Origin: an uncultured Chloroflexia bacterium
GTDB lineage: Bacteria > Chloroflexota > Anaerolineae > JAAYZQ01
DNA length: 64,000 nucleotides
Direction of reading: 5' to 3'
Assembly (NCBI GenBank): GCA_963700285.1
Contig: CAVOXA010000010.1
Location: forward strand, 672,001 to 736,000
Shown piece by piece: positions 1 through 10,309 of this stretch; within the stretch, counting starts at the first letter, position 1, and every line of letters starts with the position of its first letter. The position numbers and the translations under genes are program-made. The notes under the pieces were generated by a model. It made no database searches. It was not told where the DNA came from and worked only from the letters and a program-made list of their open reading frames with translations.

Positions 1-623
1 TCCATCGTTTTCCCTGCGTCCACCCTGGTCAGAAGTGAAGTGGGGTTGTACCGGATCCCATGGGATTCGTACCGGGCGCCGACCATCCGAACGTAGAGCG
101 TCTCCAGGTTGGCTAGGCTCTTGCCCTCAACGCCAAGCTCGCCACCGGCTATCGTGCGATCGACCAGCAGATTCTTGTACTTGGGCGGGAACGCCCGGCC
201 ATAGCCGCCCAACCATTCATAGTCCTCCGAGTAAGGCATCAGCACGCGGGCGCGATAGATGTCACCGTGGCGCATGGAGGGCGGAGCGCACAATGTTTCG
301 AGACTGATCCTGAGAGCAGCTTCGCAGGTATTTGCTACAGCAACATCGTATTCATCCCCATACACGTCCTTGACGACAGCTCGTAACTCATCCTCGATGA
401 CGCGGACGGGCAAGGTTCGACCACCCCTGTTGGCTTCGATGATCTTGTCCAGGACATAGTTGGGCAGATTGCCAGGCCGGGATGAGCTTCCCGCATAGAG
501 CCCGATATCGGTACCCAGTTTCCTGGCGCCAAGGCTATCGCCAAACTGGCGGGCCTCCTCCAAGATCTTGGGGGTGTGCTCGTAGATCTGCTGGTACCAT
601 TGGTAGCGGTATTTTAACTTCAT
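1..623 (-). CDS. conserved hypothetical protein, 3'-truncated by window edge (possibly PLP-dependent fold-type I)
   Basis: Own translation, not in the ORF track: ATG 623 after GAGGA; open to base 1 (MKLKYRYQWYQQIYEHTPKILEEARQFGD...VVKDVYGDEYDVAVANTCEAALRISLETL...). The product guess is weak. Confidence 0.6.
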   Translation of the reverse strand, partial: MKLKYRYQWYQQIYEHTPKILEEARQFGDSLGARKLGTDIGLYAGSSSRPGNLPNYVLDKIIEANRGGRTLPVRVIEDELRAVVKDVYGDEYDVAVANTCEAALRISLETLCAPPSMRHGDIYRARVLMPYSEDYEWLGGYGRAFPPKYKNLLVDRTIAGGELGVEGKSLANLETLYVRMVGARYESHGIRYNPTSLLTRVDAGKTM

Positions 624-897
624 ATTCCTCGATCCTTCCTACCCGGTGCAGCCTGCAACCTGCCGCTCAGGGGCCAGTGCGGGATCTGCGAACCCAGGGG
701 TATCCCCAACTTGTTCTGCAAGGAAAACTCAAAAAGCCAGCTGGCAGCGCTGACATCCAGGGCCGTCAGCCCAATGGCATTGAAATAGATCAACTCATCC
801 CGCTCCCTGACCGGTACCTTCCAGGGAGGATGTCCCTCAGGTTGGCATAGAATTGGTCCCGGCCAATGAGCCCATCAATCAGATCCCGAATTTTCAT
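620..897 (-). pseudogene. C-terminal fragment of an ornithine cyclodeaminase/mu-crystallin family protein, one frameshift
   Basis: MKIRDLIDGLIGRDQFYANLRDILPG, then a missing base at ~820, then (K)VPVRERDELIYFNAIGLTALDVSAASWLF. This resembles the OCD C-terminal pattern. The stop overlaps the next ATG (ATGA). Confidence 0.5.
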
Positions 898-949
898 GAA
901 CTCGCCCTCCTGCACAGCAAACGATAGCATCCGGTGATTTGGATGCGTC

Positions 950-1951
950 TCAACAGACCGGCTCGGTTGGAAACTCCTCCGATGGGACTATTGTACGGCG
1001 CTCGGCAATGGACTTTTTCAGAGCCGCCTCAAACTGCAGTTCAAGGAGTCCGGCGTACCCTGGAACGGGAGGTGGGGCGCCGTTGCGGATTGATTCGAGA
1101 TAGGCATCGACTGATTTCTCGAAGGATTCCTCGTATTTCTTCCAGCGGGAGGTTTCGCGACTTGGCCGGTAAATTTCGTGGACGCTATCGCCATAGTCCA
1201 GTATCTCCATATCCTGGTCCAGACCCCGGAAGTGAACACGCCCGCGCTCAAAGCCAATGATCAATTCGAATAGTGGAAAGTCCCAGTTGATTGCGCTGGT
1301 TCCGAGAATGGTACCCGTAGCATTCTCACCAATAAGGTACGAGGCTACAACGTCCGGTACATCTCCGGCATCAAGAAAGGGGTAGGTTTTCGCGCCCACT
1401 TGGGCAGAGATTTCGCGCAGCGGGCCGGCGAACTGGAGGATCAGGTCAATGCAGTGGCTCCAGGTAGCGAAATGAGACAAGGCGACGACATTCACAGCAG
1501 CGCCAAACCTGCGCTCCTGAATCAGCCGTTTGGCCCGCCACGTCTGGTCGAAAAACCGATAGTTGAAAACCATCGCCACCTCGACTCCAGCCTCTTGGGC
1601 TTGCTGAAGCAGTGTCTTTCCGTCCCAAAAATCCTCCTGAACAACGTTTGCCTGTCCTCTCCGCGCAACCAAGGGTTTCTCCAGGAAGAGACGTCTGGGT
1701 TTGAAGGGAAGCAGTGCCTGTGTCGCTTCCAGACGCTGCTCTTCGCCGGTCAGCACAAAAATCGTGTCGGGTCGCCGTTCGCATAATTCCTCTGGCGAGT
1801 GGACGATTCGTACTCCGAACTTCCGTCCAACCATCTCCGCCCGCTCTGGTGTCCGGGAATAGCAGGTGAGAGATACGTCCCTATGCCGCAGCAAGCTCGG
1901 GATGTAGTTCTTTACAGCCACTCTGCCTGTGCCGACAATGCCGATTTCCAT
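950..1951 (-). CDS. Gfo/Idh/MocA family oxidoreductase
   Basis: MEIGIVGTGRVA Rossmann start, FLEKP motif, NYRF, HCID; start re-called at 1951 after GGGAGGG. Confidence 0.85.
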   Translation of the reverse strand: MEIGIVGTGRVAVKNYIPSLLRHRDVSLTCYSRTPERAEMVGRKFGVRIVHSPEELCERRPDTIFVLTGEEQRLEATQALLPFKPRRLFLEKPLVARRGQANVVQEDFWDGKTLLQQAQEAGVEVAMVFNYRFFDQTWRAKRLIQERRFGAAVNVVALSHFATWSHCIDLILQFAGPLREISAQVGAKTYPFLDAGDVPDVVASYLIGENATGTILGTSAINWDFPLFELIIGFERGRVHFRGLDQDMEILDYGDSVHEIYRPSRETSRWKKYEESFEKSVDAYLESIRNGAPPPVPGYAGLLELQFEAALKKSIAERRTIVPSEEFPTEPVC

Positions 1952-2049
1952 CGTGTCCCTCCCATACTGCCCTGCAAAAGCTGAATACGTCAAACCTCCA
2001 CAGACCCAAACGTGCGTGATATCCCGCTGGATCCCCCGGCATGCGTAGG

Positions 2050-2982
2050 CTAAGCCCCGAGAAAGCCACCGATCAGGCCCTGCTGCCCCCGCGCAAATAG
2101 ATCGCTCGCCATTGGTTTCTTTCCGGCCATCTGTACCACTTGCAACTCCAAGAGCCCACTGCCCGTCGCCACTCCCAGGCCACTGGAGAGTGCAATTATC
2201 TGTCCGGGCACCCCTTCTCCCCGCCAGTCCGCCAGGGGCTTTGCCCTGAGTACCTTGAGCCTGCGCCCCTCCCACATCGTGAAGGTTCCGGGCCATGGAT
2301 CATAGGCCCGTATCTGGCGGTCCAGGTACTCGGCTGGCTGGCTCCAATCCAGCAGCCCATCCTCTTTCTTCAGTTGGTCACAATAGGTGGCCAGCGCCTC
2401 GTCCTGTAGCTGCGCCTGGATCTCGCCCGCTAACCAGCTGGCAAGCATCTCGATCAGCAACTGCGCCCCTTGCTCGGCGAGCTTGGCCGTCAGCGAACCG
2501 GTCGTATCGTCCGGTGTGATGGGGCACTCCCCCTGGGCCAAGATGGGGCCCGTGTCCAGCCCTTCGTCCATGCGCATGATCGTCACACCGGTGATGGGCT
2601 CGCCAGCCAGGATCGCCGCAGTGACGGGTGCTGCCCCCCGGTATCTGGGCAGCAAGGAGGGATGGATGTTCAAACAGCCATGGGGTGGCAGCTCAAGGAC
2701 AGGCCGTGGCAAGAGCTGGCCATACGCAAAGACGGCGATCACCTCTGGCCGCCAGCTGGCAATATAATCTAGTGATTCAGATGCCTTCAGGGTTGCTGGC
2801 TGGAAGACTGGCAGCCCTCGCAGCAGCGCGGCCTCCTTGACTGGCGACGATACCACTTTCCTGCCCCGGCCAGTCCGTCTTTCTGGTTGGGTGACCACGC
2901 CCACCACCTCGTGATCTTTGTTCAGTGCATCCAGGGTCGGAACCGCAAACTCCGGAGTTCCCATAAAAACCACACGAGTCAT
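2050..2982 (-). CDS. fmt: methionyl-tRNA formyltransferase
   Basis: MGTPEFAVPTL, NIHPSLLPRYRGAAP, MDEGLDTG. Confidence 0.97.
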   Translation of the reverse strand: MTRVVFMGTPEFAVPTLDALNKDHEVVGVVTQPERRTGRGRKVVSSPVKEAALLRGLPVFQPATLKASESLDYIASWRPEVIAVFAYGQLLPRPVLELPPHGCLNIHPSLLPRYRGAAPVTAAILAGEPITGVTIMRMDEGLDTGPILAQGECPITPDDTTGSLTAKLAEQGAQLLIEMLASWLAGEIQAQLQDEALATYCDQLKKEDGLLDWSQPAEYLDRQIRAYDPWPGTFTMWEGRRLKVLRAKPLADWRGEGVPGQIIALSSGLGVATGSGLLELQVVQMAGKKPMASDLFARGQQGLIGGFLGA

Positions 2983-3261
2983 CCTTCACCTCGCTATCGC
3001 GCAATGCGTACTGTATCAGACACGCTAAGAATTGTATCACACTTCGAGGTACCGGCCAAACACTGGGTTCTGACCCATAACTCTGAACACTATCTCATGT
3101 GATGTTCAGTACCTGGCTCTGGGGTGATATGGTCTGAACGAAATATGTCCTCGGCGAGATCTATTCTGTCACGAGGTGTTGTCCCTGGCCAGGCCGCGAC
3201 GCTGGACAGTTCGCCGCGGTTGTTGTATACTCAGATCATAGTGGTGGAAAGGAGATCTCAG

Positions 3262-4404
3262 ATGCAAGTAAAAGATGCCAAACCCACGGTCCGTACCGCG
3301 GTAAGGCGCGCGCGCGCCGAAACCTACCTGCTGATCTCGCTCGTTGCTTTGGCAGGTTCTGTGATCGCCACCCGCCTCTTCTTGGAAATCACCGGCTACC
3401 CGCAGCTTGGCAACAGCGAACTGCACATCGCCCACGCCCTGTGGGGTGGGCTGCTGCTGCTGGCAGCGGCGCTCCTGCCACTCATCGTGGCCAACAGATG
3501 GGCCTTCATTACGAGTGCCATCTGCAGTGGAATAGGTGTCGGTCTATTCATTGACGAGATAGGCAAGTTCATCACCCAGAAGAACGATTACTTTTTCCCC
3601 GCAGCCGCCCCCGTGGCCTATGCCTTTTTCCTGCTCATGGTTCTGCTGTTCCTGCTTGTAAGGCGGCGGAGCGCCCACAGCCCCCGGGCAGAGATGTACC
3701 GGGCACTGGCTGGTCTGCGAGAGTTGCTGGACAACAACCTCGACACCCATGAGCTGGAGATGCTACTGGGACGACTAGAGGCTGCGAAGCAAGCAGACCA
3801 GACCCACGTAGCTGGGTTGGCAGCAACGTTGTCCACCTATCTCCAGGAAACGCATATCCCGCTCGTGCCAGCCAGACCCAGTCTCTGGAAGCGAAGCCAT
3901 GCCGAGCTTGAGCGCTGGGGCCATCGAGTTGGACGCCGCCCACACCGTGTCCTAATCCTGTTATCCATGGCCGTGCTGAGCGTGGGCATGATCCTTGCTG
4001 TCGTGCTGCCGATCTTTGTGGTCGCAGCGCCAGAGACCACAGGGCAGAGACTGCTGACCTGGCTGGTGACGCAGGATGATGTTCAGACGGCAGGCAGCCG
4101 ATTATGGTTTTATGCGCGCGTCCTGCTGCAAGGGATCGTCGGGTTTTTTGCCCTGAGCGCAATCTACTACTTTTCCCAGGGCCGGGAGCTACGGGGCGCC
4201 TATGCAGCGCTTCTCGCGCTTCTGATATCGTTGACCGGTGTCCTCCTGCTGTCTTTCTACCTGGATCAGTTCAGCGCCACGGCCACGGCCTTGCTTCAGT
4301 TCGGCGTGTTGCTCCTCGTCATTGCCTACCGCCGCTGGTATCTGGAAACAGGACCAGCCCTTGACCAACGGGCCAAGTACAACGTGCGTACAGAATCGAC
4401 GTAA
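3262..4404 (+). CDS. uncharacterised polytopic membrane protein
   Basis: About 9 hydrophobic segments; HIAHALWGG and GLFIDEIGKFIT...DYF motifs; ATG 3262 after AAGGAG. Confidence 0.75.
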   Translation: MQVKDAKPTVRTAVRRARAETYLLISLVALAGSVIATRLFLEITGYPQLGNSELHIAHALWGGLLLLAAALLPLIVANRWAFITSAICSGIGVGLFIDEIGKFITQKNDYFFPAAAPVAYAFFLLMVLLFLLVRRRSAHSPRAEMYRALAGLRELLDNNLDTHELEMLLGRLEAAKQADQTHVAGLAATLSTYLQETHIPLVPARPSLWKRSHAELERWGHRVGRRPHRVLILLSMAVLSVGMILAVVLPIFVVAAPETTGQRLLTWLVTQDDVQTAGSRLWFYARVLLQGIVGFFALSAIYYFSQGRELRGAYAALLALLISLTGVLLLSFYLDQFSATATALLQFGVLLLVIAYRRWYLETGPALDQRAKYNVRTEST

Positions 4405-4546
4405 AGCTTGTACAGCAATCGCCTGCAGAGTTCATGCGGATCAACTGGAAAGGAGGTGCATCCAATAGCCAGAGCGTTGTTCCTGCAAAGGCAGTTCTCG
4501 AATCAGTACCTGATCTTCAATTCTCAATTGAAACGAGGAGGACAAA

Positions 4547-4822
4547 ATGTGTGACCTTTTTGGCTGGATCATTGTTGGCGGTCTCATCGGCTGGCTGGCG
4601 AGTATCATCACCGGGCGCAACCAGCGACAAGGCTGCATGATGAACATCATCGTTGGTGTGATTGGCGCAGCCCTCGGAGGGTTGGTCTACAACCTAATTA
4701 CCGGCCGCGGCTTCGCCTTTGACTTTGGCAGCTTTGACATCACCAGCATTGGCGGCGTTGTGGTGGCCCTGATCGGCGCTGTGGCTCTGCTTGCCATCCT
4801 CAACTTTATCCAAAGACGGTAG
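4547..4822 (+). CDS. GlsB/YeaQ/YmgE (transglycosylase-associated) small membrane protein
   Basis: WIIVGGLIGWLASII...NIIVGVIGAALGG...ALIGAVALL; GAGGAGG RBS. Confidence 0.9.
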   Translation: MCDLFGWIIVGGLIGWLASIITGRNQRQGCMMNIIVGVIGAALGGLVYNLITGRGFAFDFGSFDITSIGGVVVALIGAVALLAILNFIQRR

Positions 4823-5123
4823 GCGAACCTGGAGACTGGCAACGCTTGGCCACCTCCCTTTTTTAGGCAATAGCTCCCAATGTGACCTGCCAGGTATCCA
4901 AACGGTGTGGAACCTGGCAGGTTGTTGAATGACAGAACCCGCAAAGTATGGTACACTGTCACTGCGAGTTCCCCGGAGGCCGGATGTGTCTTTTACAGCA
5001 TCTTTTCTACGGGCTCGACAGAACAACAAACAATGCCTGTTACTGGTGCATGGTTGGCACTGTGACTTACCATGGTCGTCCGTTGAGCGAAGAAACAGGC
5101 AGCGGTTTGAGGGAGGTTGAATC

Positions 5124-5510
5124 ATGAGCAAGGTCTATCTGCACAGAGCTGGCGCGCCAGACAGACTACTGGGGAGTGTCAGATCGGATGGTCGTGTCTA
5201 CAGAAGCTACCCCGGCCCCGACGACTATGTTGGGCGCGTGGACCTAGAGACCGGCAGGGTACATGCCCAGCGATTGGGACCCGACGAGTATATCGGCCGG
5301 ATAGATCTGGACAGTGGCAAGGTCTGGCGAGACGTGGAAGCTGGTCTCGACGAACACCTCGGTTGGGTGGACGAGAAGGGTGAGATGCGCTACGATGTTG
5401 CTGGCTGGACGGATGAGTACATCGGCCGGATTGAACGCGAGGCATCCCTGGCTGAGGCTGGCGCCGCCTTCCTGTTGCTGGTCTGGCCTGCATTTGCGGC
5501 ACATCAATAA
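5124..5510 (+). CDS. small beta-repeat hypothetical protein (beta-flower-like)
   Basis: About five 21-22 aa repeats D(E/D)Y(I/V)GR(I/V)D..G.V followed by C-terminal AGAAFLLL; GGAGG RBS. Confidence 0.7.
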   Translation: MSKVYLHRAGAPDRLLGSVRSDGRVYRSYPGPDDYVGRVDLETGRVHAQRLGPDEYIGRIDLDSGKVWRDVEAGLDEHLGWVDEKGEMRYDVAGWTDEYIGRIEREASLAEAGAAFLLLVWPAFAAHQ

Positions 5511-5608
5511 TCTGACTTTCGTACAAGGTGTGGTATCCTACGCTCAGTCCGACCCACAGCGTACACCACAAGACAACGGCATGGAGTTTCGACACAAGGA
5601 GAGTTCAT

Positions 5609-6094
5609 ATGTCATACTTGGTTGTAATCACATTTCAAGACTCCGACGAAGCCAAAGAGGTCCGAGATGCTCTGGAGCAGGCGCAACACGAACACACAGT
5701 GCGCCTCGACGATTCAGCCGTAGTGGTCAAGGATTCAGGTGGCACAGTCCACGTACACAATGAGGTATCCCGTGGCGTAAAGGTGGGGGCACTCGGCGGC
5801 GGCGCCATTGGTCTTTTGGCTGGCTTTCTGCTCGGTGGACCCATCGGTGGCCTTGTCATCGGAGCACTTGGCGGCGCGCTGGGGGGAGACCTGGCTGGCT
5901 TGAGTATTGACGGGAGGTTCATCCACGACGTGAGCGAGGCCATACAGCCAGGCACATCGGCCCTGTTTCTCATGATCAAGGAGGAAGATCCTGGATCTGT
6001 CATCTCTGCCCTGGATCCCTACGAGGGACAAGTGTACCACACATCATTGCCGCCGGACGTCGAGGAGAAGCTCCGCCAGGTGCTGAGTGACTAG
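5609..6094 (+). CDS. DUF1269 family membrane protein
   Basis: [13 protein letters not shown], Gly-rich hairpin [26 protein letters not shown]; ATG after AAGGAG. Confidence 0.85.
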   Translation: MSYLVVITFQDSDEAKEVRDALEQAQHEHTVRLDDSAVVVKDSGGTVHVHNEVSRGVKVGALGGGAIGLLAGFLLGGPIGGLVIGALGGALGGDLAGLSIDGRFIHDVSEAIQPGTSALFLMIKEEDPGSVISALDPYEGQVYHTSLPPDVEEKLRQVLSD

Positions 6095-6209
6095 GTTGAG
6101 AATCCGATGAACACACTCCTCCAGGAGTGAGTGGCGGAGGTGATCGCCGGTCGAGACAAAACGATCGTCGCTGGCTGGATGGCAAAATGAAGGAGAGATC
6201 AGAAACAGA

Positions 6210-7634
6210 ATGAGGATTCTTTTGGTCAGCCCTAAATCGACCGTGTGGAGTTCCCGCACGCACATCCACATGGGCTTGGGCTATCTGGCCGGGGCGCTCA
6301 TCGACGCTGGCTACGACAGTGTGACACTTTTTGATGCTGCGGTAGAGGATGAGGACCTCAGCGTGCACTTGACGCGGGAGCGCTACGACGTTGTGGGCAT
6401 CTCCAGTCCCACCCCCCTCATCTACGAGGCATGGGAGGCGGCAGCTCAGGCCAAGGCGCAGGAGGCCGTTACCATCTTGGGCGGCCCCCACCTCACGCTC
6501 ATGCCCGAGGAATCCATACAACGGCCAGAAGTGGACCTGGTCGTACGTGGCGAGGCGGAAGACACCCTTGTCGAGATCCTGCGAGAAATCGAGCAGCACG
6601 GTGGTCCCAACACGCAACTTGAAGCCTGCAACCTGCAACCGATCCGCGGCCTAAGCTGGAAGGATGCTTCAGGCCGAATCATCCACAACCCCGAACGGCG
6701 CTTGCGCAGGGACATCGGGGCCATCCCCTGGCCAGCTTACCACCTGTTCAAGATCGACCGCTACACCAACCTCCAGCCCCTGACGGACGGGCTCGATCCC
6801 AACGCCCGGACCTATACCCTGGTGACTAGCCGTGGGTGCCCCCACCAGTGTATCTACTGCTCCAAACCCATCACCGGCAATACCTGGCGCCCGCGTTCAC
6901 CGGAAGACGTGGTGGCAGAGTGGCGCTATCTGGTACAGGATATGCGGGCCACCGAAATCGGTATCACCGACGATGTCTGGAACCTGAACCTGGATCGGGC
7001 CAAGGAGATATGCCGGAACATCATTGCCGAGGGATTGAATCACGTGCCCTGGGTCACCGTCCACGGCATGCGCGTCGACAACACCGACGCTGAACTATTC
7101 GAACTCATGAAGCAAGCCGGCTGTAAGCGGGTCGGTTTTGGCGTGGAGAGCGGCAACCAGGCTGTATTGGACGCCATCAAGAAACGGCAAACGCCCGATG
7201 ACGCGCGGAAGGCTTTCAGGGAAGCCAAGGCGGCCGGGCTCCAAACTATGGGATTCTTTATCTTTGGCCTTCCTGCCGACACCGAAGAATCCATGGAGGA
7301 TACCATCCGCCTGGCGTTGGAGTTGGACCCCGACCTGGCCAACTTTATGCTCGCAGCACCCTATCCCGGCACGGAGCTTTGGGAAATTGCTCAGCGGGAC
7401 GGCCGCCTGTTCAGCATGGACTGGCGCGACTATGCCATCCACGATGAAAAAGCCCGCTACGAGCTGCCGTCATTGCCACCCGAATTGGTGGAGCGCAAGT
7501 GGCATGAGGCCTATCGCCGTTTCTACCTGCGTCCTGGCCGCATCTGGCGTAAGGCAATCGCTCCTGATACATGGCGCCGATTGCCGGAATACGCCAGCAA
7601 TTTTGGACGCTTCTTTCTGGGGCGCAAAACCTAG
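6210..7634 (+). CDS. cobalamin-binding radical SAM protein (class B methyltransferase-like)
   Basis: N-terminal B12 domain (GLGYLAG, LGGPH, VVRGEAE); TSRGCPHQCIYC CxxxCxxC; FGVESG; PYPGT. Confidence 0.92.
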   Translation: MRILLVSPKSTVWSSRTHIHMGLGYLAGALIDAGYDSVTLFDAAVEDEDLSVHLTRERYDVVGISSPTPLIYEAWEAAAQAKAQEAVTILGGPHLTLMPEESIQRPEVDLVVRGEAEDTLVEILREIEQHGGPNTQLEACNLQPIRGLSWKDASGRIIHNPERRLRRDIGAIPWPAYHLFKIDRYTNLQPLTDGLDPNARTYTLVTSRGCPHQCIYCSKPITGNTWRPRSPEDVVAEWRYLVQDMRATEIGITDDVWNLNLDRAKEICRNIIAEGLNHVPWVTVHGMRVDNTDAELFELMKQAGCKRVGFGVESGNQAVLDAIKKRQTPDDARKAFREAKAAGLQTMGFFIFGLPADTEESMEDTIRLALELDPDLANFMLAAPYPGTELWEIAQRDGRLFSMDWRDYAIHDEKARYELPSLPPELVERKWHEAYRRFYLRPGRIWRKAIAPDTWRRLPEYASNFGRFFLGRKT

Positions 7635-7642
7635 GTCACGGG

Positions 7643-7670
7643 TTGACATTTCGAACAGGATGGGTATAAT
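7643..7670 (+). promoter_or_regulatory. sigma70 promoter of tRNA-Tyr
   Basis: TTGACA-16 bp-TATAAT. Confidence 0.85.
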
Positions 7671-7699
7671 ACGGCATAATAGGTGTTTGGTAGCGCTTT

Positions 7700-7784
7700 G
7701 GGCAGGTACCCGAGTGGCCAAAGGGGGCGGACTGTAAATCCGCTGGCTCAGCCTACGGAGGTTCAAATCCTTCCCTGCCCACCA
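7700..7784 (+). tRNA. tRNA-Tyr(GTA)
   Basis: GGGCAGG/CCTGCCC acceptor stem, CTGTAAA anticodon loop, long variable arm, GGTTCAAATCC, encoded CCA. Confidence 0.97.
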
Positions 7785-7786
7785 AC

Positions 7787-7816
7787 AAGGTCCCTCCAAG
7801 AGGAGGGACCTTTGAT
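7787..7816 (+). terminator. intrinsic terminator between tRNA-Tyr and convergent rlmB
   Basis: AAGGTCCCTCC-AAGA-GGAGGGACCTT hairpin followed by a T-rich tract. Confidence 0.75.
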
Positions 7817-7912
7817 ATTTCATATCTTCAGCGCATGCCGGGAGTCTCCCTAGTAGGAACGGAACACTACATCGAGACAGGAGGCCAGAAAATGCGTAGT
7901 GGCGCTCTATGC

Positions 7913-8659
7913 CTATGCCTGGCCTCGTTGGCGCAGAACCTCGTATAGTGCAATCGCCCCCGCGACGCCCGCGTTCAACGACTCCACCTGCCCATGCATC
8001 GGCAGCCGGATGAGATAGTCGCAGGTCTCCCGGACCAGTCGCGCCAGCCCCTGGCCCTCACTGCCCACGACCAATCCCAGTGGCCCCCGCAAATCCGCCT
8101 GCGTGTGCAACTGCACACCGGGCACTGCTTCCAGCCCGGCCAGCCATACCTCTTTTGATTTCAGCCATTCCATGGCCCGCACCAGGTTGGTCACTTGCGC
8201 CACACGCACATGTTCGGCTGCGCCTGCCGAGGCCCTTACCGCGGCTGGCGTCACCCCCGCCGCCCGTCGCTCGGGGATCACCACACCGTGAATTCCGGCC
8301 GCCTCAGCGGTGCGCAGCAGAGAGCCCAAGTTCTGGGGGTCCTGCACATGGTCCAGCAGCAGGAGAAAGGGCGGCTCGCCGCTTTGCTGGACTGTTTCTA
8401 GTAGGGCCTCCAGCTCTACGTAGGGGTAGCCTGAAACCTCAGCGGCGAGGCCCTGATGATTGACCTCGCCGCCCCCTTTATCCAGATCCTTGCGTGCCAC
8501 CATCTGGACCGGTATACTGGTCCGATCAGCCAGTCTGAGAACCTCTCCCACGAGCTCCGTGGTCTTGAACTCCCTGGCCAGCAGCAGTTTAAATATCTGT
8601 CGCCGCCCAGCCCGGACTGCCTCGCGCACCGGCTGGCGCCCGTAGAGAATCTCGTGCAT
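7913..8659 (-). CDS. rlmB: 23S rRNA (Gm2251) 2'-O-methyltransferase, TrmH/SpoU family
   Basis: NHQG, LDHVQDPQNLGSLLRTA, GSEGQGL, ESLNAGVA; follows cysS. Confidence 0.93.
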   Translation of the reverse strand: MHEILYGRQPVREAVRAGRRQIFKLLLAREFKTTELVGEVLRLADRTSIPVQMVARKDLDKGGGEVNHQGLAAEVSGYPYVELEALLETVQQSGEPPFLLLLDHVQDPQNLGSLLRTAEAAGIHGVVIPERRAAGVTPAAVRASAGAAEHVRVAQVTNLVRAMEWLKSKEVWLAGLEAVPGVQLHTQADLRGPLGLVVGSEGQGLARLVRETCDYLIRLPMHGQVESLNAGVAGAIALYEVLRQRGQA

Positions 8660-8675
8660 CCGTACTCACCACACT

Positions 8676-10145
8676 CTACTGGCCGAGTCGCCAGCGCGTA
8701 CCCTCCGGTCCATCCTCCAAGGCAATGCCCATCTCACTGAGCTGGTCGCGGATCGCGTCGGCCCTGGCCCATTCCCGGGCCTGGCGTGCCTCCTGGCGCA
8801 TGTCGACGAGCATCCGTACCAGGCCATCCACCACATTATGATCTGCCTGGGATGTGCTGCCTGAACCTGTCCCTTCATCGAAAAGGATGCCGAGCACATC
8901 GCTGCCCAGGGTCCGGTAGACCTCGTCCATCGCTTCCAGCGTCGCCCGGCTCACTGGCTTGCCGGAGTTGAGGTGAGCGTTCACTTTATGGCTCAGATCG
9001 AACAACGTCGCAATAGCTCGAGGCGTACCAAAATCGTCGTCCATCACCTCCTCAAACCGGGCCCTGTGCTGCTCCAGTTTGGTCAGCCATGCTTCATCGA
9101 CCTCGTCGCCCTCGGCATTCCGCAGCCGTTCGCGGATCAGGCCCACGGTGCTGGTCAGCCGCTCCAGGCCCCGCCCCGCAGCCGCTATGGCTTCTTCGCT
9201 GAAATCGGTAGGTGAGCGATAGTGGCTGCTCAACACAAAGAAACGGATCGTCATGGGACCGTGCCGGGACAGCATCTCCTTAATGGTAATGGCATTGCCT
9301 AGACTCTTGCCCATCTTGACGCCGTCTACGGTGACCATGTTGTTGAGCAGCCAGTAGTTGCAGAACGACTCGCCGGTGGCAGCCTCGATCTGGGCAATCT
9401 CGCACTCGTTGTGCGGAAAGATATTCTCCAATCCACCACCATGGATGTCAAAGGGCTGCCCCAGGTATTTGGTGGCCATCACCGAACACTCCACATGCCA
9501 GCCGGGATAACCCCAACCCCACGGGCTGGGCCAGCGTAGAACATGTCCCCTCTCGGCCTTTTTCCAGACGGCAAAGTCCGCCGGGTGGCGCTTTTCCAGG
9601 TTGATCGCGACTCGAGCGCCCTCCTCCAGTTCGTCCACCCTACGCCCAGACAGCTTGCCATACTCTGGCCAGTTGGACACGTCAAAGTAGATGGAACCGT
9701 TGGCTTCGTAGGCGTGTCCCTTTTCCAGCAAAACCTCTGCCAGACCTATCTGCTCGGTAATATGGCAACTGGGTCGCGGTGAGATGTTGGGCCGCACCGC
9801 ATTCAGAGCGTCCATGTCCTCAAAGTAACTGCGCATGTAGGTCTCGACCAGCTCCATAGGCTCGACACGGTCTGCCGCAGCCCGTTTGAGGATCTTGTCT
9901 TCCCCCTCGTCGGCGTCATCGGTCAAGTGGCCGACATCGGTGATATTTTGCACGTAGCGCACCTTGTAGCCTTTGTAGCGGAGATAGCGAACGATTGTGT
10001 CGAACGAGAGATAGACCTTGGCATGGCCAATGTGTGCGTGGTCATAGATCGTAGGCCCGCAGACATAGATGCTGACAAATCCTTGGTGGATGGGCTTGAA
10101 TTCTTCTTTTCGACGCGTCATATGGTTGTACAAAGTTAGTGTCAT
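8676..10145 (-). CDS. cysS: cysteine--tRNA ligase
   Basis: [28 protein letters not shown]. Confidence 0.98.
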   Translation of the reverse strand: MTLTLYNHMTRRKEEFKPIHQGFVSIYVCGPTIYDHAHIGHAKVYLSFDTIVRYLRYKGYKVRYVQNITDVGHLTDDADEGEDKILKRAAADRVEPMELVETYMRSYFEDMDALNAVRPNISPRPSCHITEQIGLAEVLLEKGHAYEANGSIYFDVSNWPEYGKLSGRRVDELEEGARVAINLEKRHPADFAVWKKAERGHVLRWPSPWGWGYPGWHVECSVMATKYLGQPFDIHGGGLENIFPHNECEIAQIEAATGESFCNYWLLNNMVTVDGVKMGKSLGNAITIKEMLSRHGPMTIRFFVLSSHYRSPTDFSEEAIAAAGRGLERLTSTVGLIRERLRNAEGDEVDEAWLTKLEQHRARFEEVMDDDFGTPRAIATLFDLSHKVNAHLNSGKPVSRATLEAMDEVYRTLGSDVLGILFDEGTGSGSTSQADHNVVDGLVRMLVDMRQEARQAREWARADAIRDQLSEMGIALEDGPEGTRWRLGQ

Positions 10146-10309
10146 TTGTGTGTCCCCTTGGTGGTTGACTTGGATCAGGCATCAATGCCAACTGAAGCTC
10201 CAATTGGAGCCCTTGCCGTAGGATGCTGCCATACTCACTGACAGCACCTCCCAGTACAGATGCAGATCCGCGTCCAACCCCAGGGTGCTCTTGGCGTATC
10301 TTGCATATT

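Noticed and set aside
10146-10309. T-box or ANTAR twin hairpin upstream of cysS
   Set aside because: Two short palindromes (GGCATCAATGCC, GCTCCAATTGGAGC) exist, but there is no T-box GGTGG-ACC motif, no terminator and no ANTAR-type hexaloops.
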